Below are positions 18,563 to 26,740 of a stretch of 32,715 nt of DNA, in pieces. The notes under the pieces were generated by a model. It was not told where the DNA came from. It did no database searches and saw nothing but the letters and a program-made list of their open reading frames with translations. The translations under genes and the position numbers were made by a program. Source of the stretch: a plasmid; the NCBI RefSeq assembly GCF_053078305.1, contig NZ_CP166878.1; one strand, given 5' to 3'. The stretch's first letter is position 1, and every line of letters begins with the position of its first letter.

Positions 18563-18609
18563 CTGTACAAAAAATAGTCTTGGCGTGGGTTATTTTCCGT
18601 TTTCCATGC
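18563..18609 (-). repeat. Tn21-subfamily-like inverted repeat, right arm
   Basis: Reverse complement reads GCATGGAAAACGGAAAATAACCCACGCCAAGACTATTTTTT, matching the left arm over ~36 bp with 2 mismatches; outer GGGG is absent. Confidence 0.6.
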
Positions 18610-18659
18610 TCAGAAAAGAGCAGTTATAAGCTGTATCATTGGGTAAACAATGCACAGGT

Positions 18660-18668
18660 TGTGGATAA
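18660..18668 (-). promoter_or_regulatory. Consensus DnaA box (TTATCCACA)
   Basis: Forward TGTGGATAA is the exact complement of the 9-mer consensus; lies about 150 bp downstream of repA. Confidence 0.5.
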
Positions 18669-18705
18669 TCATACTTAAAGTGCAAACGATATGCCGCAAT
18701 TACTC

Positions 18706-18750
18706 TTTTGCTTCTCTTTTAGTTACTTACGTACTAAAAGAGAAGCAAAA
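18706..18750. repeat. 18-bp perfect inverted repeat with 9-nt spacer (origin-region hairpin candidate)
   Basis: TTTTGCTTCTCTTTTAGT - TACTTACGT - ACTAAAAGAGAAGCAAAA; no T-run on either strand, so not a terminator. Confidence 0.8.
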
Positions 18751-18899
18751 AAGAAAAACATTACTGTTATCCCCTTTAACAAGTGAATAACCTAAAAACA
18801 TCGGCGCAAGCGCCTCAAAAGTAGCACCCCTCGCAAGCTCGGGGCATTAGAAACAACAGCATCCCATCATCACAATCGAACTATTATTCATCTATCTTC

Positions 18900-19093
18900 G
18901 CTGTAACATCGACGGTCTACGACCACCTACCACCTGAATAGCTGTAGGTTCCGTGCGGTCAGGCTTAGCAGGAGGCTGACGCGGTTCCTGGCGACATGAA
19001 ACTCCCTAGTTAGGGGTATCGGCGCGACCTGGCATCTGTGACTCTATAAAGCCATTTTTCGCGCCTTCCATGCCGCTAAAGCGGCATATTCCA
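18900..19093 (+). repeat. 194-bp repeat family, copy 3
   Basis: Differs from copy 1 by only a few substitutions; same orientation; sits between the repA origin region and the next gene. Confidence 0.9.
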
Positions 19094-19196
19094 TAAGAAT
19101 TTACATGAGCGTATACTTTATAATCAGTATCAATGAAAGTTGCTTGTCCAAATCAGGGGCAACAATCGCATCAAATAACTTGCGCAGGTGAAAATT

Positions 19197-19505
19197 ATGG
19201 AGACTTTCGATACAGATAAATTTCGCTCAGAACTGGATCTTTTATCAAAAAAGATCATGCCTGGTTGTGGTCTTGTTTTTGAGCTGTATCAACGTCGTTT
19301 GAGCGCTGCGATTGATGAATTTGTCGCCAGATTGCCGAAAGAACAACATGCTCAGGCGTTTGAACTGGCTCGCCAGGAGTTTGATTATCTTTCTGCAGAA
19401 GAGATTGCAGATGAAATACGCCGAGACGCAGAAAAAGGCTATTGTTGCCACGGCATTGATCGCGATTGCTGCCCTCTTGGTTGCGGTGATTTAGATGATT
19501 ATTAA
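19197..19505 (+). CDS. Hypothetical protein with Cys-rich C-terminus
   Basis: ATG 19197 after AGGTGA RBS; C-terminus GYCCHGIDRDCCPLGCGD; unknown family. Confidence 0.5.
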   Translation: METFDTDKFRSELDLLSKKIMPGCGLVFELYQRRLSAAIDEFVARLPKEQHAQAFELARQEFDYLSAEEIADEIRRDAEKGYCCHGIDRDCCPLGCGDLDDY

Positions 19506-19570
19506 TTTAAAGGGATAAATATATTTACATACTGAAAATATAGGCTGTTTTTTTCTGGTGAAGAGGAAAA

Positions 19571-20221
19571 ATGATGGTTAATTCAAAAAAATTTGTGATA
19601 ATTGCGTTAAGTTCATTATTGTTGGCAGGGTGTGACTCATCGAAGGATGCCAATAAAGCAAACTTTGAAAAAGCGATTAATACGAAACTTGAGAAGGAAT
19701 GCATTACAATCAGTCCTCTTGGGAGGTTTGATAGTAAGCCTTATCCAGTTCAATTATCTGTCGCCCAAACTAATCGATATACATCTCAGGAACAGGCAGA
19801 CGAAATAAATACCAAAGAGTTTTCCATGTTTGATGCACTGGTTAAAGCTGGTTTATTGACAGTAAAAGATACCCTAGTTGATGAAACTATCGGATTTTCT
19901 AAAACAGGTAAAAAAGTGCCTGGGCGTGAATATGCTCTGACAGAGAATGGGAAAAAATATCTGAAATCTCCAGAGCGCCCTGATTTCTGTATTGGTCATT
20001 ATAAGGTTGATGAGATCATTGATTTTACTGAACCTGGTGATGCGATGGGAATGAAAATAACAAGGGTCAATTACACATTCAGTCCTACGAATATTGCTGA
20101 ATGGGCAAAGAGCGATGATATTCAGGCAGCATTTCCACTTCTTAAGTTTAATTTGAAAGAGAAACAGAAAAACCGTCTATCTCTGGTTTTGAAAAATGAT
20201 GGATGGTCCGCTGAACGATAG
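19571..20221 (+). CDS. Hypothetical lipoprotein
   Basis: Lipobox LLLAGC after hydrophobic leader; 216 aa; RBS GAGGAAAAATG. Confidence 0.6.
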   Translation: MMVNSKKFVIIALSSLLLAGCDSSKDANKANFEKAINTKLEKECITISPLGRFDSKPYPVQLSVAQTNRYTSQEQADEINTKEFSMFDALVKAGLLTVKDTLVDETIGFSKTGKKVPGREYALTENGKKYLKSPERPDFCIGHYKVDEIIDFTEPGDAMGMKITRVNYTFSPTNIAEWAKSDDIQAAFPLLKFNLKEKQKNRLSLVLKNDGWSAER

Positions 20222-20340
20222 GTAGATAAATGACGTTGCTACGTGGTCTCCCTCTTTTGCTGATTTCACGTAGCACTCTCACTCTGCCGCTACTTCTCGT
20301 TATTCTGAACAGATGATTGAAAAATAAGGAGAATCAAATA

Positions 20341-20379
20341 ATCTCTTGATTTTATAATCCTATGATTATAAGATTGTTG
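20341..20379 (+). promoter_or_regulatory. Operator-like block P1 (CTTGATTTTATAATCCTATGATTATAAGATTGTT)
   Basis: About 85% identical over ~38 bp to 23919-23956 and related to the TGATT-repeat region upstream of parA. Confidence 0.5.
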
Positions 20380-20387
20380 TGTATGAG

Positions 20388-20409
20388 TGTTTGGATAGAG
20401 AATTATTGT
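20388..20409 (+). repeat. GTTTGGATA(TA)GAGAATT motif, copy a
   Basis: One of three direct copies (with 21113-21130 and 22086-22109); this copy lacks the TA dinucleotide. Confidence 0.8.
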
Positions 20410-20431
20410 AATCAAGTGGGAGATATTATTT

Positions 20432-20920
20432 ATGAATAATTTACGTGATAAAAAATCAAATCCTGTTATTACATTAATTGTTGTTGTTATTTCTTTATTC
20501 CTCCTTCCTGCAATCGTCGCGGGACTAGGAACTATGGGAGTGATTTACATTGATGGTCTGCGAGAATTACCGTCTTTTTGTATAAAGGCAATAAGTGTAG
20601 CAATCTGGATGCTTGTAGTTGCATACCTGATGTGTCGTATCATGAAAGCTAAGAAAGATTTTATTCGCTTACCTGCAAAACTGACGCTTATTGGAGCAGT
20701 TCTCTTGCCTCTGATAAGCAGTTTTAATAATGTAGTGACTACTATGTCATCTCCAGATGTTTCCACCAGAACAGACTTTCATGCAGCACTTATAAAAGGT
20801 CTGGACACAATGGAAAGTGAATTTATGTTTATAGTACCTGCTTTATTATGTGCAATAGCTTCCATTATGCTGGCTGTTGGAATGATAAATATTTTACGTA
20901 ATCGTTATATGGGGCGCTAA
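20432..20920 (+). CDS. Hypothetical polytopic membrane protein (162 aa)
   Basis: Several hydrophobic helices; RBS GGGAG; preceded by block P1 and motif copy a. Confidence 0.55.
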   Translation: MNNLRDKKSNPVITLIVVVISLFLLPAIVAGLGTMGVIYIDGLRELPSFCIKAISVAIWMLVVAYLMCRIMKAKKDFIRLPAKLTLIGAVLLPLISSFNNVVTTMSSPDVSTRTDFHAALIKGLDTMESEFMFIVPALLCAIASIMLAVGMINILRNRYMGR

Positions 20921-20955
20921 TCTGATGTGCGGTGATTGTGAGGTTGATTATAGAA

Positions 20956-21127
20956 GGGATTTAATGTGGAACTGATAACAGATAATTTTTTTGAGTGGGT
21001 GGTGGCTCTCGCTATTTTGAATTTTATCGTCACGTTGAAATCTAAAGAGAAAATAACTTTGTTGTTAACGACGATAATTAGCCTACTTATTGCTTCAATT
21101 ATATTGAGGGCAGTTTGGATATAGAGA
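20956..21127 (+). CDS. Possible small membrane protein (56 aa)
   Basis: GTG-start ORF with two hydrophobic stretches; its stop codon lies inside motif copy b; weak call. Confidence 0.25.
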
Positions 21128-21130
21128 ATT
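21113..21130 (+). repeat. GTTTGGATATAGAGAATT motif, copy b
   Basis: Identical core to copy c; shares preceding GGG-CAG context with copy c. Confidence 0.8.
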
Positions 21131-21211
21131 TTACAAAATGAACTGTGCTATTTATCAATATCATTGATAAACACACTCTAATAATCACTCTTTACAGGAA
21201 ATGTACTCACT

Positions 21212-21529
21212 ATGATTATTAATCGAGAAAAATTTGAAATTATCAGAAAAATCATTCATGACACTCTGCTGGGTAATATTGCGCTCGTCGTTATTGCATT
21301 AATGTCTCCGGTTCTGTTAGATAAAATAGCGGAGCCTTTTAATATTATTATAGCTTCCGCCATGTCGATTTCCTTTATATTTATTCTTTGCTGGCTGGCT
21401 TCTTCAATCTGGTTGTACGCAGGAGAACTTGCGAAAAATAAAAGTTTAAGATGTACTCTTTTTATACTATGGGCACTGAGTGCTGAGGGTTCAATTATTT
21501 TAACTGCGAGAGATATTATTTTATGGTAA
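21212..21529 (+). CDS. Hypothetical membrane protein (105 aa)
   Basis: Two to three hydrophobic helices; no family recognised. Confidence 0.5.
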   Translation: MIINREKFEIIRKIIHDTLLGNIALVVIALMSPVLLDKIAEPFNIIIASAMSISFIFILCWLASSIWLYAGELAKNKSLRCTLFILWALSAEGSIILTARDIILW

Positions 21530-21583
21530 TGATCGTGGCGCGATTGCCAGCGAGCTAGGGGTTCCGTGGGAATTTCTGCGATA

Positions 21584-21621
21584 GGGGTTTGAAGCCCAAC
21601 CGTACGAAAACGTACGCTAAG
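21584..21621 (+). mobile_element. Tn1000/Tn3-family 38-bp terminal inverted repeat
   Basis: GGGGTTTGAAGCCCAACCGTACGAAAACGTACGCTAAG, close to the gamma-delta/Tn3 IR consensus (GGGG...ACGAAAAC...ACG.TAAG); a resolvase gene remnant ends 2 bp away. Confidence 0.75.
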
Positions 21622-21622
21622 T

Positions 21623-21862
21623 TCATTTCTTGAACAACCTGGCTGACTCTATGTATTTGTACAGCGTTGGCCTCGATATCCCCATCAACACACAAATCTG
21701 CGCAACGGTATGTTTTTTCTCGTTATAGAGTTGAACAGCAAGGGCCTGTTTATCCTTACTCAGTGTTTTCGGCCTGCCGCCCTTACGTCCTCTGGCTCGT
21801 GCTGCTTGAAGCCCGGCCTGAGTTCTCTGGGGGGTCGCGCCCATTTCCTCTAAAAGTCTCAC
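21623..21862 (-). pseudogene. Serine recombinase (resolvase/invertase) C-terminal HTH fragment
   Basis: 79-aa ORF containing GRKGGRPK...HTVAQICVLMGISRPTLYKY, the C-terminal DNA-binding domain only; the catalytic N-terminal domain is missing. Confidence 0.7.
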
Positions 21863-21885
21863 CTTGCTTAGGTAATTAATTGAAT

Positions 21886-22100
21886 TTATTTATAAAACAT
21901 TGCAATTTTAGCATCATTTTTTATTGTTCTTTTTAACCTGAAGTACGTCGATCGAGAGATACCTGTTTTTTCTGTCACACTGCCCAGAGATTCTCCCTGT
22001 GATATAAGCTCCAACGCTGTAGGCGTTCGTGGATGCTTCTTCCTGCCAAATTTTACGCCTGCGGCAAGTGCCGCTATTGGGGTCAGTTTGGATATAGAGA
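21886..22100 (-). pseudogene. Second recombinase-like HTH fragment (no start codon)
   Basis: Minus-strand frame encodes ...AALAAGVKFGRKKHPRTPTALELISQGESLGSVTEKTGISRSTYFR, resembling a serine-recombinase C-terminus; the frame runs into motif copy c with no initiator. Confidence 0.4.
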
Positions 22101-22109
22101 ATTATTGTA
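22086..22109 (+). repeat. GTTTGGATATAGAGAATTATTGTA motif, copy c
   Basis: Third direct copy; lies at the 5' truncation point of the recombinase-like fragment. Confidence 0.8.
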
Positions 22110-22404
22110 CGGCAAGCCTGTTTTTTGAACAGACTTACCTATCGCGATAGGGTGTACTCCCGTGCTATACGGCGTTTTCAGGGGCTTTGGCCTTAATCGG
22201 ATAACCTAAATGCGACATAGCAAGAGCGATAACTTAAAGGCGATAGCCGCTGATGTTAAATCAATACGTTAGAATCTTAAATTGATTAAATAATGCGCTT
22301 AACGTACAAAAATTTCCGTTTCCCAAACCGCCCCCATATTGTACGTTTCCCTAACCGACCCCTTACTGGTCGCGGAAAAATCCAGGTTTCCGGCCTGGAA
22401 CCCC

Positions 22405-22536
22405 TATACAATCACTTGATTCGATAATTATAAAATTAAGTGATTTTATGATTGCATGATTCTATGAGCATGGGATTATTAGAATGTTTGGCAGAGGTAC
22501 TATGTGAACAAAGGGGAGGGGAAAATGCCTAAAGTT
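22405..22536 (+). repeat. Orphan duplicate of par promoter-operator plus first 4 parA codons
   Basis: About 94% identical over 132 bp to 24844-24975, including RBS and ATGCCTAAAGTT, then diverges; the operator inverted repeat is degenerate in this copy. Confidence 0.85.
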
Positions 22537-22614
22537 GGAGCAGCGGGAGCGTTCGAACAGAGACTTACGGTTTCGTTCTTTGTGCAGCAGTTGAAACCGT
22601 AATTATTTGTTTTA

Positions 22615-22865
22615 GGGGTTTGAGGCTCAGTGGAACAATAACCGCCGTTAAGCGGTCATTTTAAATAGCCAAAAATCAACCAGCCAATTTACATCGTGAA
22701 TCTGCGTTCTTGGCTATCTGTTTTGGGGGGCCAAGTTGGCTTTACTCATCCTGGCCGTTTGCGGAACAAAAGACGTTGTTGATCTCAACAGATTGATTAA
22801 CCTGTTATTGACCATTCAATTGAACCGCTTAACCGCCTTTTGAGTTCCACTACTCCCCAAACCCC
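22615..22865. mobile_element. Miniature Tn3-family element (TIME-like), 251 bp, with 5-bp target-site duplication
   Basis: 38-bp IRs GGGGTTTGAGGCTCAGTGGAACAATAACCGCCGTTAAG (22615-22652) and inverted GGGGTTTGGGGAGTAGTGGAACTCAAAAGGCGGTTAAG (22828-22865); flanked by direct repeat TTTTA on both sides; no ORF inside. Confidence 0.8.
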
Positions 22866-22882
22866 TTTTATGCCAAGTAGAA

Positions 22883-23091
22883 GGGGTTTGAGGGCCAACC
22901 GTACGAAAACGTACGGTAAGAGGAAAATTATCGTCTTAAAAATCGATTAGTAGACAATGCCGTCCGTTAAGTGCCAATTTTCGATTAAAAAGACACCGTT
23001 TTGATGGCGTTTTTCTATGTCCATTATGTTTTGATATATCAGACAGTTACTTCACTAACGTACGTTTTCGTTCCATTGGACTTCAGCCCCC
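22883..23091. mobile_element. Second miniature Tn3-family element (TIME-like), 209 bp, with 5-bp target-site duplication
   Basis: IR GGGGTTTGAGGGCCAACCGTACGAAAACGTACGGTAAG (22883-22920) and an inverted IR at 23054-23091 that contains TGGAACGAAAACGTACGTTA; flanked by TAGAA on both sides. Confidence 0.75.
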
Positions 23092-23111
23092 TAGAATACG
23101 TCAGATGTGTT

Positions 23112-23333
23112 CTACCTAGATTGTAGAGACTGAATTAGTGCTTCTACTGCCCAATCAGGACAGGTTCTGGAGCTTGGTTTATCCGGGTCATTAATCCAGG
23201 AACGGATAGTTCTTACAGAGCATGGTCGGTGAGTGTATTCACAAATTAGGTTCGCGGCTTGCGCCTGGGTTAACCCGTTATCAGTCAGTAACGTTATAAA
23301 TGCGGCACGGTTATCTGACACTATAAACCCCAT
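23112..23333 (-). CDS. Small putative DNA-binding protein (73 aa)
   Basis: HTH-like segment LTQAQAANLICEYTHRPCSVRTIRSWIN; overlaps the end of the upstream membrane-protein gene by 23 nt. Confidence 0.45.
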   Translation of the reverse strand: MGFIVSDNRAAFITLLTDNGLTQAQAANLICEYTHRPCSVRTIRSWINDPDKPSSRTCPDWAVEALIQSLQSR

Positions 23334-23805
23334 CTTTTTTGAACGTAATGCTAACCTGCCCTTCTGTCGGAACCTCCATTACTTCCCGGATCTTTTTATT
23401 TATGGCAATTTCGGTAGCGCTCACAAAGATCGGAATCCCTTTTGCCGCTATGCTGATAGCTACGGCAATAACCGTCAAAGCAATACAGTAGTATGTTATT
23501 ACTCTAATAATTTCAGCTATATTCTCAGAGGGGGAGTTTCTTAGAAATGTTATTAAATGTATTAATTCTGCTTGATGATAAATAGAATAAAACATAATAG
23601 AGGCAATAAATATTGCGAAACCATGAACAAAATAATGCCAGAGTTTAAGGGGTATTCTCCAAGCAAATCCAATGTAACTGAAAACTGAAGCCACATGAGT
23701 TCTCCAGTCTTTTTTTACTGATTTAACTATTTCTTCATATTGTGATATTGGCATTGAGCCGACTTCAATATTATTGACTTTAACTATCGCTATGCCCTCT
23801 TGCAT
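23311..23805 (-). CDS. Hypothetical membrane protein
   Basis: Start placed at the ATG preceded by a consensus AAGGAG RBS (ORF track extends to 23898); three to four hydrophobic helices. Confidence 0.55.
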   Translation of the reverse strand: MQEGIAIVKVNNIEVGSMPISQYEEIVKSVKKDWRTHVASVFSYIGFAWRIPLKLWHYFVHGFAIFIASIMFYSIYHQAELIHLITFLRNSPSENIAEIIRVITYYCIALTVIAVAISIAAKGIPIFVSATEIAINKKIREVMEVPTEGQVSITFKKDGVYSVR

Positions 23806-23918
23806 GACTTTGTTCTCCTTCTGCCATGATAAAAGATCTTGTTTTACATACCATGATAGGCACATGTGCCTGTTTGGTGCAACATGCTTTACAAACATAA
23901 GAATAATAAAAGGATATA

Positions 23919-23956
23919 ATCCCTTGATTTTGTAATCATATGATTATATGATTGTT
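23919..23956 (+). promoter_or_regulatory. Operator-like block P2 in divergent promoter region
   Basis: ATCCCTTGATTTTGTAATCATATGATTATATGATTGTT, homologous to P1 (20341-20379); lies between divergently oriented genes. Confidence 0.5.
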
Positions 23957-23985
23957 TTTGAGCGTGAATTATTCAGGAGGGAGTT

Positions 23986-24261
23986 ATGAGCCAGTATCGT
24001 TTAACAGGAAAATCAGCATCGCGTAGTTATGAACTTCTGGTTGGCTGGGATACCCCGCTTTCCAGGTTTTTTCTTGTTATTGAGCCAGAACTTGACGAGC
24101 CGGTATATTCGAATATTTATGAGAAAGATCCATCATCTTTGACGCTTGAGTTTTTTCAGTCAGTTCTTGAACGTTACGGGATAGAGAATGTATCTCTGCT
24201 GCCTGGTCATGAGTCAGGTTTGTATGAGAAATTGCATGATGATAGAAGAAATAATAACTAG
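23986..24261 (+). CDS. Hypothetical protein (91 aa)
   Basis: Strong AGGAGGGAG RBS; no family recognised. Confidence 0.55.
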   Translation: MSQYRLTGKSASRSYELLVGWDTPLSRFFLVIEPELDEPVYSNIYEKDPSSLTLEFFQSVLERYGIENVSLLPGHESGLYEKLHDDRRNNN

Positions 24262-24293
24262 CGGTTTTTAATGGAATATGCAGGAATATTGCG

Positions 24294-24644
24294 ATGAAAA
24301 TAAAACTAGGGTCAGGTTCGGTATCTGTAAATGGTGTTGTGTATGAAGGAAAGGGGAAAATTATTTCCATATTAAATAATGAAGTCATTATTGATGGTGT
24401 CGTTCATGGGAAAGCCGTAGCTCTTCCTGAAATTACTGTTATTGTTAATGGTCATGTTGATTCATTACATACCGAGTTGGGAAATATAATCATTAATGGT
24501 AATGCTGGTATGGTTAAAACTGCATCGGGGGATGTTTCTTGTGAAAATGTTTCAGGAAATGTTGAGTCTATGAGTGGTAATGTTAATTGTAAAAATGTTT
24601 ATGGTGGAGTTAAAACATTATCTGGAAACATATATAAAGAATGA
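24294..24644 (+). CDS. Repetitive beta-strand protein (bactofilin-like?)
   Basis: 116 aa with recurring V/I-x-G-x-V and SGNV motifs typical of beta-helical repeat proteins; the bactofilin assignment is a guess. Confidence 0.45.
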   Translation: MKIKLGSGSVSVNGVVYEGKGKIISILNNEVIIDGVVHGKAVALPEITVIVNGHVDSLHTELGNIIINGNAGMVKTASGDVSCENVSGNVESMSGNVNCKNVYGGVKTLSGNIYKE

Positions 24645-24843
24645 GTTCATTAAAACCCCGTACAATATATTGTACGGGGGTAGTACAGAAGAGGTATTGG
24701 GTTGCTACATTTCCAGGTTATATGCAGAAACCATTTTTATTTTATCAGGTATTTATTTTTTCTTAATGAGATAGTTCACAAAATCATCAATCCAGGGACT
24801 GTTTTTCGTTATCTGCCGTATCTGCGTACCCCTGATTTTTTGG

Positions 24844-24963
24844 TATACAATCACTTGATTCGATAATCATAAAATCAAGTGATTTTATGATTGCATAATT
24901 TTATGAGTATGAGATTATTAGAATGTTTGGCAGAGGTACTATGTGAACAAAGGGGAGGGGCAA
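24844..24963 (+). promoter_or_regulatory. par promoter-operator (candidate centromere/operator)
   Basis: Perfect 12-bp inverted repeat AATCACTTGATT ... AATCAAGTGATT plus reiterated TGATT motifs directly upstream of parA. Confidence 0.6.
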
Positions 24964-25587
24964 ATGCCTAAAGTTATAGCATTTTTAAATGGTAAGGGGG
25001 GGGTGTCTAAGACAACCTCGGCAGTCAATATTGCTACTGCTCTTGCTCGTAAGGGATACAAAGTTGTCGTTGTGGATACCGATCCTCAGGGAAGTGTTAG
25101 TAACTGGTATGATGACAGTAAGTGTGTTTTTGATGTAGCAGAAGCTACGACAGAAAAAGAAATTTACCGTTTGCGGAAGGCGCTTCCTTTGCACGATTTT
25201 ATCATTATTGATGGTGCTGCGGCGATTTCGGCGATATCGGCAGCTGCTGTTATGGTTTCTGATCTTGTCATTATCCCAGTTACTCCTTCGCCGCTTGATT
25301 TTGCTGCATGTGGCGCGATATTGGCAGTGATAGAAGCTCGGCAGGATTTACGCCCGGTGATTGCTCGCTTTTTGATTACTAAAAAAGTACAGCAAACGCA
25401 TATGCTATCTTTGCTGAAAGAATCTATTGCAGAAACAAGCATACCAGCATTAAAAACAGGAACGTCGTACAGGCAGTCATATATAAAGTCTATGCTAGAT
25501 GGTGGTACTATATTTGATACAAAAGATAGTGCTGCTAAAGGTGAAATATCAGTCATTACAGAAGAAATACTTGGACTATTAAAATGA
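24964..25587 (+). CDS. parA: ParA-family partition ATPase (ParF-like)
   Basis: Deviant Walker [19 protein letters not shown]; ATG 24964 with GGGGAGGGG RBS (ORF track begins at upstream GTG 24943). Confidence 0.9.
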   Translation: MPKVIAFLNGKGGVSKTTSAVNIATALARKGYKVVVVDTDPQGSVSNWYDDSKCVFDVAEATTEKEIYRLRKALPLHDFIIIDGAAAISAISAAAVMVSDLVIIPVTPSPLDFAACGAILAVIEARQDLRPVIARFLITKKVQQTHMLSLLKESIAETSIPALKTGTSYRQSYIKSMLDGGTIFDTKDSAAKGEISVITEEILGLLK

Positions 25588-25793
25588 GTAAAATGAAACT
25601 TGGGAATCATAAGGCAACAAACACCGCTCTGGATGCACTAAAGAAACCTGCTGGAGCAACCAGGAAATTACAAATGAATATTCCAGAAGAGTTACACCTT
25701 GCATTTAAGTTAGCTTGTGTGGAAGATGGTGTCGATATGACACAGGTAAATATAGAACTAATTCAAAACTGGTTGAAGAGTCGTAACTTATAG
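25584..25793 (+). CDS. ParG-like ribbon-helix-helix centromere-binding protein
   Basis: 69 aa; start overlaps parA stop; C-terminal region [39 protein letters not shown] resembles ParG of TP228 as remembered. Confidence 0.65.
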   Translation: MSKMKLGNHKATNTALDALKKPAGATRKLQMNIPEELHLAFKLACVEDGVDMTQVNIELIQNWLKSRNL

Positions 25794-25821
25794 TTTTTGT
25801 TATGATGCATATGGAGGATTT

Positions 25822-26313
25822 ATGGAGTATACACCAATAGCGTTAAGTCCAGGAGCTATGTTGCATAAAGGGAAATTCATTGGTTATGTCATGAAGATCA
25901 GATTTTCCGAGTGTTCTGGAGATCATCTTTTTTATTTGAGATATGATATGGTTGTTGAACTTGCAAGAGCATTAGCAAGAAAAACACACCAGATGTATCT
26001 TAAAGGGACTTTTAGTACAGATGAAAGTAGTCAGGCTACGTTAGAAATGGAAAAGGATTATAAGCAGCATGATATTCATTTAACAAGTGATGAAATATCG
26101 TCACCATCTGTAAATAACTTTGTTGCATTGTTAGATTATAATGTAAGGGATGCATCATTATTATTATCACTAATCAAAAATGATAATTCTAAAATTGATA
26201 TTAGTATACCAGAAGCAGCGGTGGAAATATTTACAGGTTATATGATGAATACTGTTATTAAGGCAGGGGGAGAAGCTTTATCTGAAAAACTTATATCAGA
26301 TATTGGAGTTTAA
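25822..26313 (+). CDS. Hypothetical protein (163 aa)
   Basis: ORF with GGAGG RBS; no family recognised. Confidence 0.5.
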   Translation: MEYTPIALSPGAMLHKGKFIGYVMKIRFSECSGDHLFYLRYDMVVELARALARKTHQMYLKGTFSTDESSQATLEMEKDYKQHDIHLTSDEISSPSVNNFVALLDYNVRDASLLLSLIKNDNSKIDISIPEAAVEIFTGYMMNTVIKAGGEALSEKLISDIGV

Positions 26314-26343
26314 TTATTGCTGCCAGGTAAACGCGAACGCTCA

Positions 26344-26370
26344 GAAAAGGGGCTTTTCGCCCCTTTTGAA
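26344..26370. terminator. Bidirectional terminator between convergent genes
   Basis: AAAAGGGGC-TTTTC-GCCCCTTTTG: hairpin with A/T runs on both sides. Confidence 0.75.
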
Positions 26371-26458
26371 CCAAATCTTAAAGGCCACTCGCTTTCCGGT
26401 AGGGGGCAACATCCAGGCTTAACCTTCCGTCCTCCACAACATCAGGCCATGGAGGATT

Positions 26459-26737
26459 TCAACCCTTTATAGACGAAGTGAAGTCAGACCACTGTTCAAT
26501 CCTGAATGCTCTGATATCCCTGACTGAATTTGGGAACCATTCAAGAGCTTTTAATGCGTTCATAGCCTGAAAAAGGTTTGCCATATTTTCATCGCTATTT
26601 GTGTACAGGCTTCCCTGGATTCGCTCAAATCCGTACCTTTTAAGGGTCGAACTTATATCGTTGTAAGCCTGTGACACGCCTTTCGGATGGTGTTTTTCTG
26701 TATCTGCAACGGTTAAATCAAATGATATTGCGTACAT
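26459..26737 (-). CDS. vapD: VapD-family endoribonuclease (Cas2-like fold)
   Basis: MYAISFDL N-terminus, QGSLYTN and SVRDIRAF motifs match VapD proteins as remembered. Confidence 0.85.
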   Translation of the reverse strand: MYAISFDLTVADTEKHHPKGVSQAYNDISSTLKRYGFERIQGSLYTNSDENMANLFQAMNALKALEWFPNSVRDIRAFRIEQWSDFTSSIKG

Positions 26738-26740
26738 AAC

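Noticed and set aside
20236-20276. Hairpin TGCTACGTG-N21-CACGTAGCA after the lipoprotein gene as a terminator
   Set aside because: No T-run on either strand; may be a binding site but evidence is insufficient to call it.
21862-22615. An inverted partner for the Tn1000-like repeat at 21584 within 21862-22615
   Set aside because: Only weak GGGG...AAACG resemblance near 22338-22360; not convincing enough to delimit an element.
24574-24774. 66-aa ORF overlapping the end of the beta-helical repeat gene
   Set aside because: Overlaps a better-supported gene and spans a 24-bp palindrome; no RBS.
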